DNA of 64,000 nt from Raillietiella orientalis (lineage: Eukaryota), in NCBI GenBank assembly GCA_036172245.1, contig JAYWIR010000017.1, positions 2,976,001 to 3,040,000 on the forward strand. The letters are read 5' to 3'. Made by a program: the position numbers and the translations under genes. Below the pieces are notes generated by a model that was not told where the DNA came from, made no database searches, and saw only the letters and a list, made by a program, of their open reading frames with translations. Shown here piece by piece: positions 25,001 to 37,140 of this stretch; the first letter of the stretch is position 1; each line of letters starts with the position of its first letter.

Positions 25001-27634
25001 CCTCCTCTGACGTCCGACGTGGACTGCCTGTTCGTCGTTCCTCTTGATGACCCTGCCTTCATTCCAGAGGCGACTCGAGAGCTGCCCACAGATCTTTTAG
25101 CTCTCAGGAAGGGTGGGCTCATGGGAAAAAGCGTTTGGCTTCTGGAGAGACAAGACTGGGGAAGCGCTGAAGAAGCCGTCCAAGTGGCATTACCTTGATG
25201 AAGGTTCGACGCTCTCCCTGAAGCGCCATGCCAACTCAGTCTGCGCATGCTCAGGTCACAAACCGTGTTGTGTGCGTGTGTGCGCGCGCACGCGAGAGAG
25301 AGCATCCTGAACGGGGAACTGCTCCAGAAGCAGACCACTTCTTCCTGACGTCGGAAGTGCTGTGTTTCTGGAAGAGGCTAGCACCCTCCTCCAAAGCATC
25401 AAAGCTCATCAAACTGCTGCTCCTTCAGTTTCTCCCTGGCAGCAATCAAAATTCATCCCGGAACGGCTCATTCCCGCGAGGGCACGCAGCCCCTGTAAGA
25501 TTCCTTGAGATGCTCCTGCAGAGCTGGTTTGTCTGGACCTCTCGAGTGCCTGGGTTATACGGAAGAAATTTTCAAGTGAGGCACAGACAGACGACACTCA
25601 TCTGAATCATCAACTCGACTGAGCAATGGTAAAGACTCTCGAACTTTTGATCTTGGGAGGTTCCTTCACAAGATGGCAGGTCTGCAGCAACGCGTAAAGA
25701 GAAACGTCAGAAGACGGAAGAAAGGCTTTCCCGCTATTGGAAGGATGCCTTCGGTTTACGGAGACGATACTGCCTCCGATTCTGACTTTTCGTCTTTCCG
25801 TCCGCTTCCGCGGAAGAGCTGATCCAGAAGACCCATGACATCAGCATCTGGGAGAGCTGGTATCGGTGTCAACGGGTTAATTTGCTCGTGGTTCCTACTC
25901 CAGGAGGATGGAAAACAGGTGGTGCAAATTCTGGATACGTTCGAATTAGCAAGGATTGCGGTAAAGCAAGCAAATGAAGGTCCATCGGAGTGGTTACTCC
26001 GCAGTGTTCTCTGGATTCAAGTTGAGCAAAGGAAACGGAATCTGTTCACCAATGAATCCCGCGAAATTTCTGTTCGTTCGGCCCCGGGAAAGCTTCCCTA
26101 GTAAGATGAAGATGAATCTTTGGAATCTTGGACCAAGAATCGGTCGAATAGCAGTCACAAGAAAACTTAAGGCGATGAGGTGAAGAATCCGAAAAATGTC
26201 TCCCTTTAGGTTAATGGTCCATTAGCTATTGCAGAGTTTCGTCTTCATGTGATCCGTGAATCTAGAAGTGCGTGGGAAGATCGATATCGATCACTTTAAA
26301 CAGTAAGCTGTCCTCATCAATGTGGATCTGCTCTAAGGACCAGCTGGATGATCGAAGGTCATGATATTCAAGGCAAACAAGCCGAGCAAAGAGCACGCTA
26401 TCAGATGTCGGCGCTTGTCGCAGCCCTACGACCTCATTTCAGAGCTGTTTTCGGAAAACTGGGTCAGTCTCGGATTAAATCTCAAATTCTCTAGGCGATG
26501 CGAGTTCGTGCTCAAAGGGTCAAGAGCTTTTGAAAATTCGCAGTGTTTGAAACGTTTCTCCCCCCCCGTGGGGAAAAAAAAAAAAAAATGTAGAATTGCC
26601 AAAGTCAGAAATCCCACTGAGAAAATCATCCAAAACTACGTGTCGTCTTTCTGCAGCACTAGTGATAGCTGGCCAGCTCAAATCGGGAAGAAGCAGGGCA
26701 TGGCATGTCCAGGTGCCTGTATCCCTCGTACGGCTGTGTGAGCCTGCTGCATGCGAACGCAGGAGCCCAAAGGGAAGCAGAGGAGGGAAACCCTGTTTCG
26801 GTGCGGAATAGGAAGAGCTTCCCTCCCTCTCGGGCAGCGGAAAGACCCGACACGTGAACCGCCCCGAAATGCAATGCGTGAATGCGCCTTTTGCGACTTT
26901 CAGTCTGCATCTTTCCGATGCTCGTCACGGATGTCAAGAGATGCGTTTTCCATTAGTGAATGATTTTTTGCCGAACTGCTTTCCCACAGATGGGAAGAGG
27001 GAGGCGAAGCAGCCGGCTTGCGGAACTGGGAGTGTGGATGAAGGGGAAAGAGGGAAACGAATCCCTGGAAACGTAGAGAGCAGGATGTGGATGCAGGATC
27101 CGCTTAGAAATTTTTCCGGAAAGCAGCTCAGCGCCAGCAGATTCGGACGCCACGCAGACGACGCAAGCAACGAAGACTTTCAATGAGTTTTCAATGAGTC
27201 CAAATTTTCAATGAGACTTTCCGCGTCCAAACCGCACCGAGACGGGATGAATTCCACTGCGACCTCGGGTGTGTTGTGTGCGTGTGTAAAGGTCTCTATC
27301 GTGCCCACGGAGTTTCCCCCTGGGCTCACGGGAGGAAGACGAGACCGAAACTGGTTCGAAAGCGAAACGGAATGTTCCCTGCAGAGGTGACGGCAATCTT
27401 CCAGGAGAGGGATAGACTTCTTGCCACCCCAAGGAGATCAGTTCGGCGGGTGCTGGCATGCACCCCGAACGCTGCCTTCGATGAACTGATGCTGGGAACG
27501 AATGCGTCGATCCTTCCCTTCCGACGAGCATGCAAGCAACATGGAGATTTGCGCATGCGCAGCCGACTTGCAAAACACCGTGCCATCCGACAGTGTTCCT
27601 CTTGAGGTGCCAAACGACCAAAATCCCGAAGGAT

Positions 27635-28340
27635 CATAAAAAAAATAAACGCATGTTCTTATTCCCGTAGACTAATACACGAATTTATTTTGATATGCGT
27701 AGGTATTCATATTATACTCATTATATGAATTCATATAAAAATTCCTATATATCATGAAGATTATAAAAAATAAATACATGTGCTCATTATATACATCGGT
27801 ATTTATAGATAGCATAAATATCTGTGAATATAAGTATGTATACACATACATATATACAAATATGTGCACAAATATATATATATGGAACGTAAATACATGA
27901 AAACATACATGCATGTATACTTAATAAATACTTGAATATCAAATTTTCCTTTTTGCTTATTTGATCTCTTTGCATTTTTAATTTTTTCCAGTTTTCGCCA
28001 CAGTTTTTTTTTATTTTTTAAAATTCGATATTTATATACTCATTTAACATATATAAATATACATAATAAGCATGTATATTTGTTTTTATAGTCTTCATGA
28101 TGTATATTAATCTTCATATGAGTGTAAATAATGAGCATATGTATTTATTTTCTATAATCTTAACAATATAATCAACACCTTATTAATTTTATTAATAAAA
28201 TGTACGTCATTGAATCTTAATAAGTATATCCGTTCCAATGATATTTCTGCTAATAACATGTTTGCTAACAAGTATGAATAACTATGCACATTAAGATGAA
28301 GTTGTATATTAATCTGTGTAGAATAAGCACACATGTTGTG
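27635..28340. repeat. AT-rich low-complexity island
   Basis: About 700 bp of visibly very AT-rich sequence built from TATA/TACA/TATG-type motifs, with sharp boundaries against ~50% GC flanks. Confidence 0.8.
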
Positions 28341-28777
28341 GATTTTGATCGAAAGAGTTTCGGGACGTTCGGAATTTCTCACCGGATCCTTTCTCATGGA
28401 CTTCGGGTGCCAAGGGGGTCGTTCGGCTCGTTTTCGAATTAAGTGATTTCGAAACGCACTATAGATGAGTCCATCGCAGCCTCCACTGCAACAGCAAACG
28501 CCACGTCTCCCGTCTTTGCTCCTAGCACACCGTGCAAACGTGTCCTGACCCCGGAATTCCCTCCACCATATATTCCTTCCAGCAGAAAAAGTTCTTAGAA
28601 CACGGGAGCGATTTCCCATGGCAACTCGCAAGAAGTCTCGCCTGAACGACCTTTCGCGATTCGGGATCGCACTTCATATCTCTAGATGATGCCGGAACCA
28701 TCTTCTCAAAATTTTTCCGAAGCTACCCGCAGTTTTTATGTCATTAACGAAGTCATTTTTGGAACTTCATGCGCCAC

Positions 28778-28805
28778 CTGACCAGAATACTAGTATTCTG
28801 GTCAG
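28778..28805. repeat. Perfect 28-bp palindrome with no spacer
   Basis: CTGACCAGAATACT followed directly by its reverse complement AGTATTCTGGTCAG. Confidence 0.95.
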
Positions 28806-31800
28806 ATGCTGTTCTCTAAGGAAAAGGCCATTTTTTTTTTCTTTCTCGGACCAGCCTTAGCTTTGCTGATCAACTAAGCAGACATATGGGGTGCTTGAGT
28901 GTTCTTCAAGTCTTGGACATGATGGCTCATAAGCCTCGATGCAACATAAACACCTCTGAGATTTGCGAAGAATAGTGGCCATCTAGTGTTTGGGAGTTTG
29001 TGAGTCAAGGACGCCTGGGTGGAGGCTGCCCGCGATGGCTGTTTGCTGTTCTGATGTAGGATACAAGAAGTTCCTCACCATCAGACAGAGATTTTAAGGT
29101 ATGACACGCGGCGAAACGCTTCGTGTGTGCATGTTTTCAGCACACGCGCGCGTCAAGCGATCCCCGAATCGTTAGAGGTGATGCGGTTGTCGAGTTCTGC
29201 ACCATCACTTTTTATATGCGTGTAGATGTGAATCTGTGCAGAACGTCAAACCCAAACGCTGGCCCCAGAGGGCGGCGCGTGTTGGATTTCTCCATGCAGA
29301 CGCGGCAACACCCATCCCGGCAAATCCCTGCTCGCGATCCCAGCGATCTCGAGTTCGCTCTCCGTCTGCTGGTCGCTCAAGATCTTTTACTTTCCATCCA
29401 GCTTCCGAGGAAGAGCTGATTCATAGATGACATCAGCATCTGAGAGAGCTGGTGTCGAGTTGACTTGCTCGCTTTCCTTGGAATGACAGAATGCTGCACT
29501 CAAACACACTCTCTTGTTGTTGGTTACAGCTGGTCATCACACGTTGACCATATAGCCAAGGATGCTTGCAGAGGCGTGATTATTGCTAGTTGAAACAATC
29601 CCCGACCGTGACACCCATAGGAAATCTCTAGGAACTTGAGTTCAGACGAGCACACGGACTGGCTCTTCGCTCACTCCGAAGAAGGAGATGCAGCAGAGAT
29701 TTGGTGGGAGATGCGGATCCAGATTTGTGAAGCAGATCTATGGATGGACTGAGATAGGATTCCAGGTTTATTGTAGCTGTATGATAAGATGCATCATGTA
29801 CTGGGCCTCTAGGGGGATGGATGGTGAATTGATGAAGCAAAAGATGTCTGATAGCTTACACAGAGCGCCGCAAAGGATGGCAACAGGAAGAAGGCACAGC
29901 TGCAGTAGGTCGTCTCCAGCGCCGTCTGCAATGCAGCTATTTCCCCGGCGGGTAGCCGGGATTTCGCTCATTCGTTTTCGATGTCTGCCTTCGCTTCTGG
30001 AGCAGAATGGGAGGGGGGAGGGGGGAAGGAGAGATGCGGTCGCACTCGCTTCTTCATGAAGGTGTGCAAAAGCACGACGTCGCTGGGGTAGCGATATTTT
30101 TTCTGCAGCCCTCTACGATCGGAAGCAAATGAGAGGGCCACTTCTCATTCTCTGGGACGACGCCCCAGGTAACACGCAGCCATCCAGCAGAAAATGCAGA
30201 GGAGGCAATTTACGGGGACCATCACTCACTGTGAGAACTGGAAGATTTCTCTTTGCCCCTGCTTTTTTTTTTTTTTTAAAGTGTGGTGTAAGTGCGGGGA
30301 AGAACTTGATTAGCATACCTGCTACGAGTGCTCAACCAAAATTGCTGGACATAATCTGAAATCTCGTAATCCTGCTTATTCTGTTTTTCCTTCTTTCCTT
30401 TTCCTTTTTTTTTTCTTTTTCTACTTTTCGAGCAGGCAGAAAACAGCCGAGTGATTCTTGCCTCACTGCTGGAAGCGTTCCGCATCCCGTAGTGCATTTT
30501 GCAAATGCGCGAGGGAAAAACTAAAGTTTCTACTCGATTAGAGAGTGGAGCGACTCTTTTGCAAACTTGAAACGAAGTTGCTACTGGAATAAGAAGAATG
30601 CCACGTGGAAGTTCACCAAACATCTGTACTGCTAATGAGAACAGGGGAGAGTGAGAGAGAGAGAAAGAGAGAGAGAGAAACAAAAAAAAAAAAAATCATA
30701 AAGCAATCGCCTTGCTTCCAGGGTGGATTCGGCCGTAAACGCTTTCCAGAAACGTTTCCCGACTCGTTGGGAGCGCATGCAACGAACGTCCCGCGTCGAA
30801 ACTTGCATGTCCTCCGGCAGCCACCGTTTTCAGAGAAGCCGCAGAAGGAAAAAAGGAAAGAAGAATGGAAGAAGGCAAGAGACGACTTTTGGTGTCCGCC
30901 ACTCAGTCCACTCCCGCGCCGGTAAGCTCAATCCTGACCCTCTCGCTACGGAGCAGACGGAAGAGAAACTGGAAGTCAGCTGACAAGCAAGCTCAGTACT
31001 GAGTTGTCTTTGGCTGTAGGCAGTCTCACGCAGCTCTCTACAGGAATTCTCGCTCCGGTCCGCACCTTAGGAAAGGTCATCATGAGGATTGTTGTGAACG
31101 AGAAGCTCCAAGAGCGAGCAGCCTCCATACCATCAGATTCGTCCAGAACGGATTTCTCCACAGACTCTCACTGGACTGGTTTCGTGAGACTGGGCTCAAA
31201 AGGCAGCTCACGGCTCATGGATCGCATTCGATCAGACCTAGGAGGCCACGGAAGGTGGTGGAGGCTTCGGAGGTTGCGCTTTCAGGAAAGACAGTCTGTT
31301 CTCGGAGGGTGCTATTCGAAAGCACCAAGGACGAAGACAAAAAGGCTGGTTGGACTCATGATCATCGTAGAGATCTGGTTTATGAGGATGCGTCAAACGT
31401 GGCTTGTCGCAGAACCAGATTCCGGGATGAGCCATTAGCCGAGGGCAAATCATGGCGCCTTCCTGCATGTAAACCAACCGTCCAACGGGAGAGAGTCAAT
31501 AGCCGTTGACCTGCTTCCCTTCATTTGGTGGTGCTTCCTGGAGTTAGTTTTTCCCAAGCTGACCCATTTCTTGACTTGCTCTGGTAAAACAGATACTAAA
31601 GTTCCTTGGCTTAGGGCACCAGTCTCTCGTGGGAACCAGCCTCCCCTTCCTCTCTGCCGTAAGTGCTCACAAATGCCTTCATGAGTGCCACTTCTGTAGC
31701 TGCTGGGAGTAACCAATAATTCTACCACGAGTTCAGGCATCCACACCTGGTCCATCAAAATCCGTGACTCAAGGTTCCATCACTCTACTGTGGATTGGGA

Positions 31801-32349
31801 CGTTCAGATCTAATGAGTCTGAAAGACCGCCTATGAGGACCGGTGTCGAAAAGAAAAAAAGGCTTGCTAACGGAGCGACTGAAGTGGCAGCCGCAATGGA
31901 AACGTTGCACGCAATGAAGAGAGAAGTAGAAGATGAAACATGCATCTGTGTCCCCAAATGATTGCTTCTTCTGTCCGAGTCGCTCCATGAATTATCTAAG
32001 AGCATTCTCCCTTTCAAAGAGGAGAATCAGAGAAGAGCCAGGCGTTCGAACCAGATGGCTTAAATCTAGGGTCTCTGCTGGTCATAATCTTGGTGAGGGA
32101 TTAACCTGCTTTTGCAGGCTGACTCCTCGTCGTCTGCTGTTTCGCTTTTTAAAAGGGCGTTGGAATGCCGTCCTTCTAAACAGTGGAGTTTAGTCGAGAA
32201 GCCACTTTCATTTCTATCCCCGATCAAAGTTGCAGCTCAAGATCGCAAGATATTTCTCGGATGAGATTTCTCAAAAGCTCAACTGATGCTTAGAACTGCC
32301 GAGATGAAAATTCTCATAGGGAAAACCTCAATCAGCGGCTTCTCAACTT

Positions 32350-33260
32350 TTGCAAACCTTCTCTCAACTCCAACTTTGCTGCAAGACATTCGAAAGACCT
32401 GCCTCGCACTCCTTGATCTGTAGGAGGAAACATGTATAAATGACATCGTCTACAAAGGGGAAAGAAAGCACACAAAAAGGGATCCACGTGGACTGGGAAT
32501 TTTCGATAAGATGTGGAGGATGTGGGAATTTTCTTTCTAGAATCTTGACCAAGTAGACAGGTGATGGAAATCTGGTCCAGAGATGCAGCAATTTGGCATT
32601 TGAACCACCTTTGGAACCGTTCTTGATGGGTTCCATGAACTGCACGAGAGTTCGCGAACATCCATACGGGAGGGAAGCGTAAATTACTCTGGCCGAGATG
32701 AACATTATGACCTTGAATGATGACAGTGGTTTTCCTTGCCACGGCTTCCGAATGGCAGAATTAGGGGTAGGTGGAGATGCTTTTCTTGTATCCGGAGGAC
32801 ACTCTTTGATGATTTCGAATGCATACCATCGCGGACCACGTTGTATGCACACGGTCCAGCGATGTTCAGCGGCGTGACGGGCATGGACTGGCGTACAACG
32901 AACTCGTCACGAAGGTGAGTTGCAGTTTCAGTAAGACAAACATCAAAGCAGTTCAGGACTAAGTGAGTAATAGGGCTGGAATCGAAGAGGCCATTACAAG
33001 ATGATCGAGTGCTAGTTTTAGAAGGAGCTGCTATCTTGTTGGGAAGATTCCAGGACAAAGAATTATCGTGTTTTCAGGTGGAGGAGAATGCTGATGGTTT
33101 CTCAACAGAAGAAAAATAATTTCGGTCCTTAGAACTCGACTCTCACGGAAGAATTTTGCAGGGACGGGACTTTCTAAACCAATTAACAGATTCTTCACTC
33201 TTCTTGAGTCCAATGAAGAACTCTCTTCTTTTGCAGCTGCTTCGTCTTTTCGTCGATTGA
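32350..33260 (+). pseudogene. Probable NACHT-domain (NLR-like) pseudogene
   Basis: QDIRKTCLA at 32382 (decayed GxGKT) and VLDGFHEL at 32619-32642 (LDGxDE Walker B) are in the same frame about 78 codons apart. Later segments: VEML..PED (VExLGF-like), LAYNELV, and F..L....E....AA (FxHxSxQEFxAA-like). Many stops. Confidence 0.4.
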
Positions 33261-34221
33261 TGACATCGTCCCAAGGATAACCTAAACGATGCGTCTGGTA
33301 CACATGCTTGCTGCGCTGGATGCATGAGGTCAAGTGTCTCGAGTCATCAAGTGTCTCCTTGTTTCTGCACACCGTTTCGGAATAAATAGCTCACGGATTA
33401 TTTTGTAAGTCTCAGGTTCCTAGTGCACCGACGATAATTGCTTTCACTTCAGTCTAAAGTCCTTTTTTCCTTAGCAGCAAAGCGATTTCCTGGTACTTCT
33501 TTTTTCGTTCTTGCGAGGAATACCTCTCCGGTGTTGCAGAACGACAGAAGACTTCAAGGATGACCATCTTGTTTGATTTCTACAGCACCAGATCGAGCCT
33601 TAGGATGAAGTTGCAGCCTTTATTACAAAGTCTTTTACTTTAAAAGATGCAGAGTTCCTCCTTTGGAGGGAGCTCGTATACAAAATGGACGGAAATGAGA
33701 CTGATATTGCCGATTCACGGTATCCATAGCATCATTCGCGAGTTGAATGGTCCGTGATGCTAGATCTCTTTTGACGGGACGTTACCCATGCTCGTGGGAT
33801 GTTTTCCTCCGTTCATCCTGGGGGACATACCAAGTGTAGCACTTGAGAAGATCTCTTCAAAGAAGCTGCGGCGGGGGTTCTGCTATTTCACGGCGGCTCT
33901 GCCGTTTTCAGAGGGCCACGGAAGGCAAACAGGAAGAGGCACGAGTTGTGGAGGTTCTCACTTTTCGAGGGGGTTCACTAGTGGGTGGGGGATCGAATTC
34001 TCCAGGAAGATCGTCATTAGCTCCATCCTTGTACCAGCTAAGGTTGTCATATTCCACGGCCTGTTCCTCGGCGTGCAGTGCAATGTTGTCGGCTCCGCTG
34101 CAAGATGTTCTGGAACATAGTGAGGGAACGGGGCTGCGAACTGTATGCATAGGCGGTACAAGTAGAGCACTGAGCGTGGAGTTGGGGTTAGGGTTAGCTG
34201 GATGGGAAGGGTCGAGGTTTG

Positions 34222-34800
34222 TCAGGGGAGAAACGCATCCAGAGCCTTGATGGATGGCTGATACTCGATGTGTTTCGCGTAGATGTCTCTGGATGCTCTT
34301 ATGACGGTTGCCACCATCCTGTCCCTAAGGGCTTTCGCGTGTGGCTCGGGTATGCCAAGTCTAGCATGGAATTCATCGTTCCTTGGGTCCCAGGCCCCCA
34401 GTGTGCCAATGATGAATGCATCCACGTAGACCATCCTACCGGAGTTGCGAAAATGCTAGGCAATCTGAGCATACTTTTTGACTTTGTCTGCCCGCGCAAC
34501 TCTGAAGGAGTCTCGACGGTTCTCAAAGGGGATGGCAACATTGATAATGGCAGCCTGAGAGTCGTCATAGACAACAAGATCGGGTCGGAGGGAGGAGTTT
34601 GGATCGTCCACTTGTTGGTCGGTTTGAAGTCTGATCCAGTAAGGGTGAGAGGCTTCGACCAGTTCCTTAAGGACTAAGTTGGCGCTCAGCCATGGAACTG
34701 CCAAGGCGGTATTGGCAGTGGGCGAGTACGTGGCAGAGAGACTCCTTGGGCCAGGTGCATCTTATGCATCTCTTAAAGAAGCCGGGGAGCTTCATGCTTC
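34222..34800 (-). mobile_element. NeSL/Utopia-like non-LTR retrotransposon 3' fragment: CCHC knuckle plus restriction-like endonuclease
   Basis: Minus strand KRCIRCTWPKESLCHVLAHC, then after a frameshift LRPDLVVYD...IINVAIPFEN...ARADKVKKY, then DAFIIGTLGAWDPRND...RASRDIYAKH. These match the PD-(D/E)xK RLE motifs of the NeSL/Utopia group. Confidence 0.9.
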
Positions 34801-36799
34801 TTCATGTTGAGTGGCAGTAAGTTTAGCCGCGACTTGAAATCTGCATGAATTTCCTTTCAGTTTTGTGCGATCTTCACTGCAATCACAAACGCACGCTTCG
34901 AGTGATTCATCCAGTTTAACCCTCTTCTAGGGATTTCTTCTGAAAGAAGGAACTGCTGGAAATGGAAGTTTCGATTGCCCTGCGTTCGATACAGTCCAAG
35001 GAAGCCTGGAGAGGTACGCAAATTACCCCGAACGTGAAAATGATCAGAGAAGTCTGTTCCTCTTCTCACTTTATCTCCCCCTCCCCTCCCTTTTTTTTCC
35101 TTCCTCGTCCTGAGAAAGAGAAAGGTTATCAAAACTACGAAAATTGAAGCAGAATTCGCTCCCAATTTGTCTTTTCTGACATCATCTGATAGATGAAAAC
35201 ACGGAGAATTTACTCTCCGGATAGAGAAGTGTTCTCAGTCCATATATCCATTGATTGATGAAAGGCAGCTTCCTCTATGAATAGGTAGGCACAGAACTCA
35301 CCCATAATTCATTAAGAAACACAAGATTGCTTGCTCATTGTGGCTCCTGATCAGACAAGCTGAACACGGTTTGATGTGTGAGGAGGATTTTTATTTTTGG
35401 TAATGTGCTAATCCACTCATGCAACATGTCAGTGATTAAAATATTGCATGGCAACCAGCATTTTGGATTTATTTCTAATTAGATAATGTGTTTGTAGTTT
35501 TGCGTAAATCTTGGAACGTTCCAGAACCTCCAGTGCACATCGCTTGAAACACCAGGAGCTGAGTTCATCGCTCCCGATTGGAGGCAGCTCCCACTACTTG
35601 TCCAAAACGGAGGAAAATTCGGGACACTCGCTGCCGATGACGATGTCGCCAACGTTGTCCGTCTCAAAGTGTTCGTACCAAAGACGGAAAGCGTCGCAGC
35701 AATGTTCAGTCCTGAGAGATAAGGCCATCCAGGTTCGTCAGACTGCGAAGGAAAAATGTGACCTTTGTGCCGTCCTCGCTCCTTTGGAAAAAGAAAGAGA
35801 TATTATTTCTTTCCGAACTGAGTAAACTCGTCAGTAAGAGGTGATCGGTGCTGAGTTCATTCGTGATTTTTCAGTTGACTATCCCATCCAGCATCCGCAA
35901 GATTGAACTATTTGGGACTCATCTGCGAATCCACAGCAGTTGCGCCCGCATCGCAAACATACAAACGGCTGTCTCAGGGACAAAAGTTTTTTTTCCTTCG
36001 ATCACTCGTTTCGTGCCAAGAGCAAAAGCCAGGAAAGAACCTCTTCCGTTCTGAGCTGCTTCAATATGCAAAGACGCTGTGTCATTCCCTGCAGAGATTC
36101 ATCTTCCACGCTTTCGGAGAGCGGCGTAAAGCGGATCCCCTCCGAATCGTTCCGAAACTCTGAAGCGCAACGGAAGTGGTAATTAGCATCCTTGTAGAGC
36201 CTTCCTCCATGTGAAAGGAAATTGCAAGGCCATCGGTCGAGCGATAGAATTTTTCTTCCCTGATCTCGTCTTGGTGCTCGAAGAACATGCTAAGAGTAAC
36301 AGACAGCCTACATCGGGAGTATTCGGACCACGAGTACTTGATTGTAGGAGACTCTGGAGCCCATCAGCTTGGCAGAGCACATGCACCATGAGAAAGCATA
36401 AGAAACTCTTTGCAAAAGACTCTTCTGTTTCTTCATCCCCATTGGTGAAGAAGATGCGGGTGTTTGCGTCACTGAAAGAAATATGAAAATAAAGGGGCAA
36501 ACATCGGCAAGTCACCAGAAAAAATAAATAAACCCTTCCTCCTAATCTCATTAGTTCCAGCAATCACGAAAGCGCAGATTGGCTCACATCATTTGCTTTG
36601 GATGCAGAATCTTCGTCGCATCACTTCTCAGCGATGGAGGACCAAATCTAAAGAGAGAGGAGACGAAAGCGGATGCTTCCAATTTTTTTTTTCTTGGGAA
36701 GGAGGGGGGCACCAGAGAGAACTTTCTCTCGGGGAGAGAAAATTTAGCGAATGCGCACTGTTCAGCTCCTCTTACGGTGCAGAGATAAATTTCCCGAGA

Positions 36800-37140
36800 T
36801 AAAAGTCGGTGTCAAAAGGTCTCTCGAAAAGCCAGAATTCCAGGTTCGAGGAGGGGACGACCTCTCACGCCTGGAGAGGGATCCAGATTTGGACGTTGTA
36901 GATGGAAGAGCCACAAGAAAAGCAAGTTCTCTCGGTGGCTGTCCACCTCCAGCTCACGCCTCTGCTCATCGGTGTTGCACCCTCACATTCAAGTCGAACC
37001 CTCCCGTATTCAGGTCAGCTGAATGCAGTGGATTAGATATCCTTCTGTTTCCCTCCCAAGCACTGGGGCGGAGATCGTTCCGAAAGGTGCAAGGAGCGTT
37101 TCGTTCCTTCGGGCGCTTCACACTTCGTGAAGGAAGAAAC
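36800..37140 (-). mobile_element. Possible ORF1 zinc-knuckle remnant
   Basis: Minus frame ...VRLECE...GVSWRWTATERTCFSCGSS resembles the YxGQPRTCFxCG knuckle of Tx1/L1 ORF1. Confidence 0.3.

Noticed and set aside
34183..34197. Telomere-like GGGTTAGGGTTAG
   Set aside because: Only two units.
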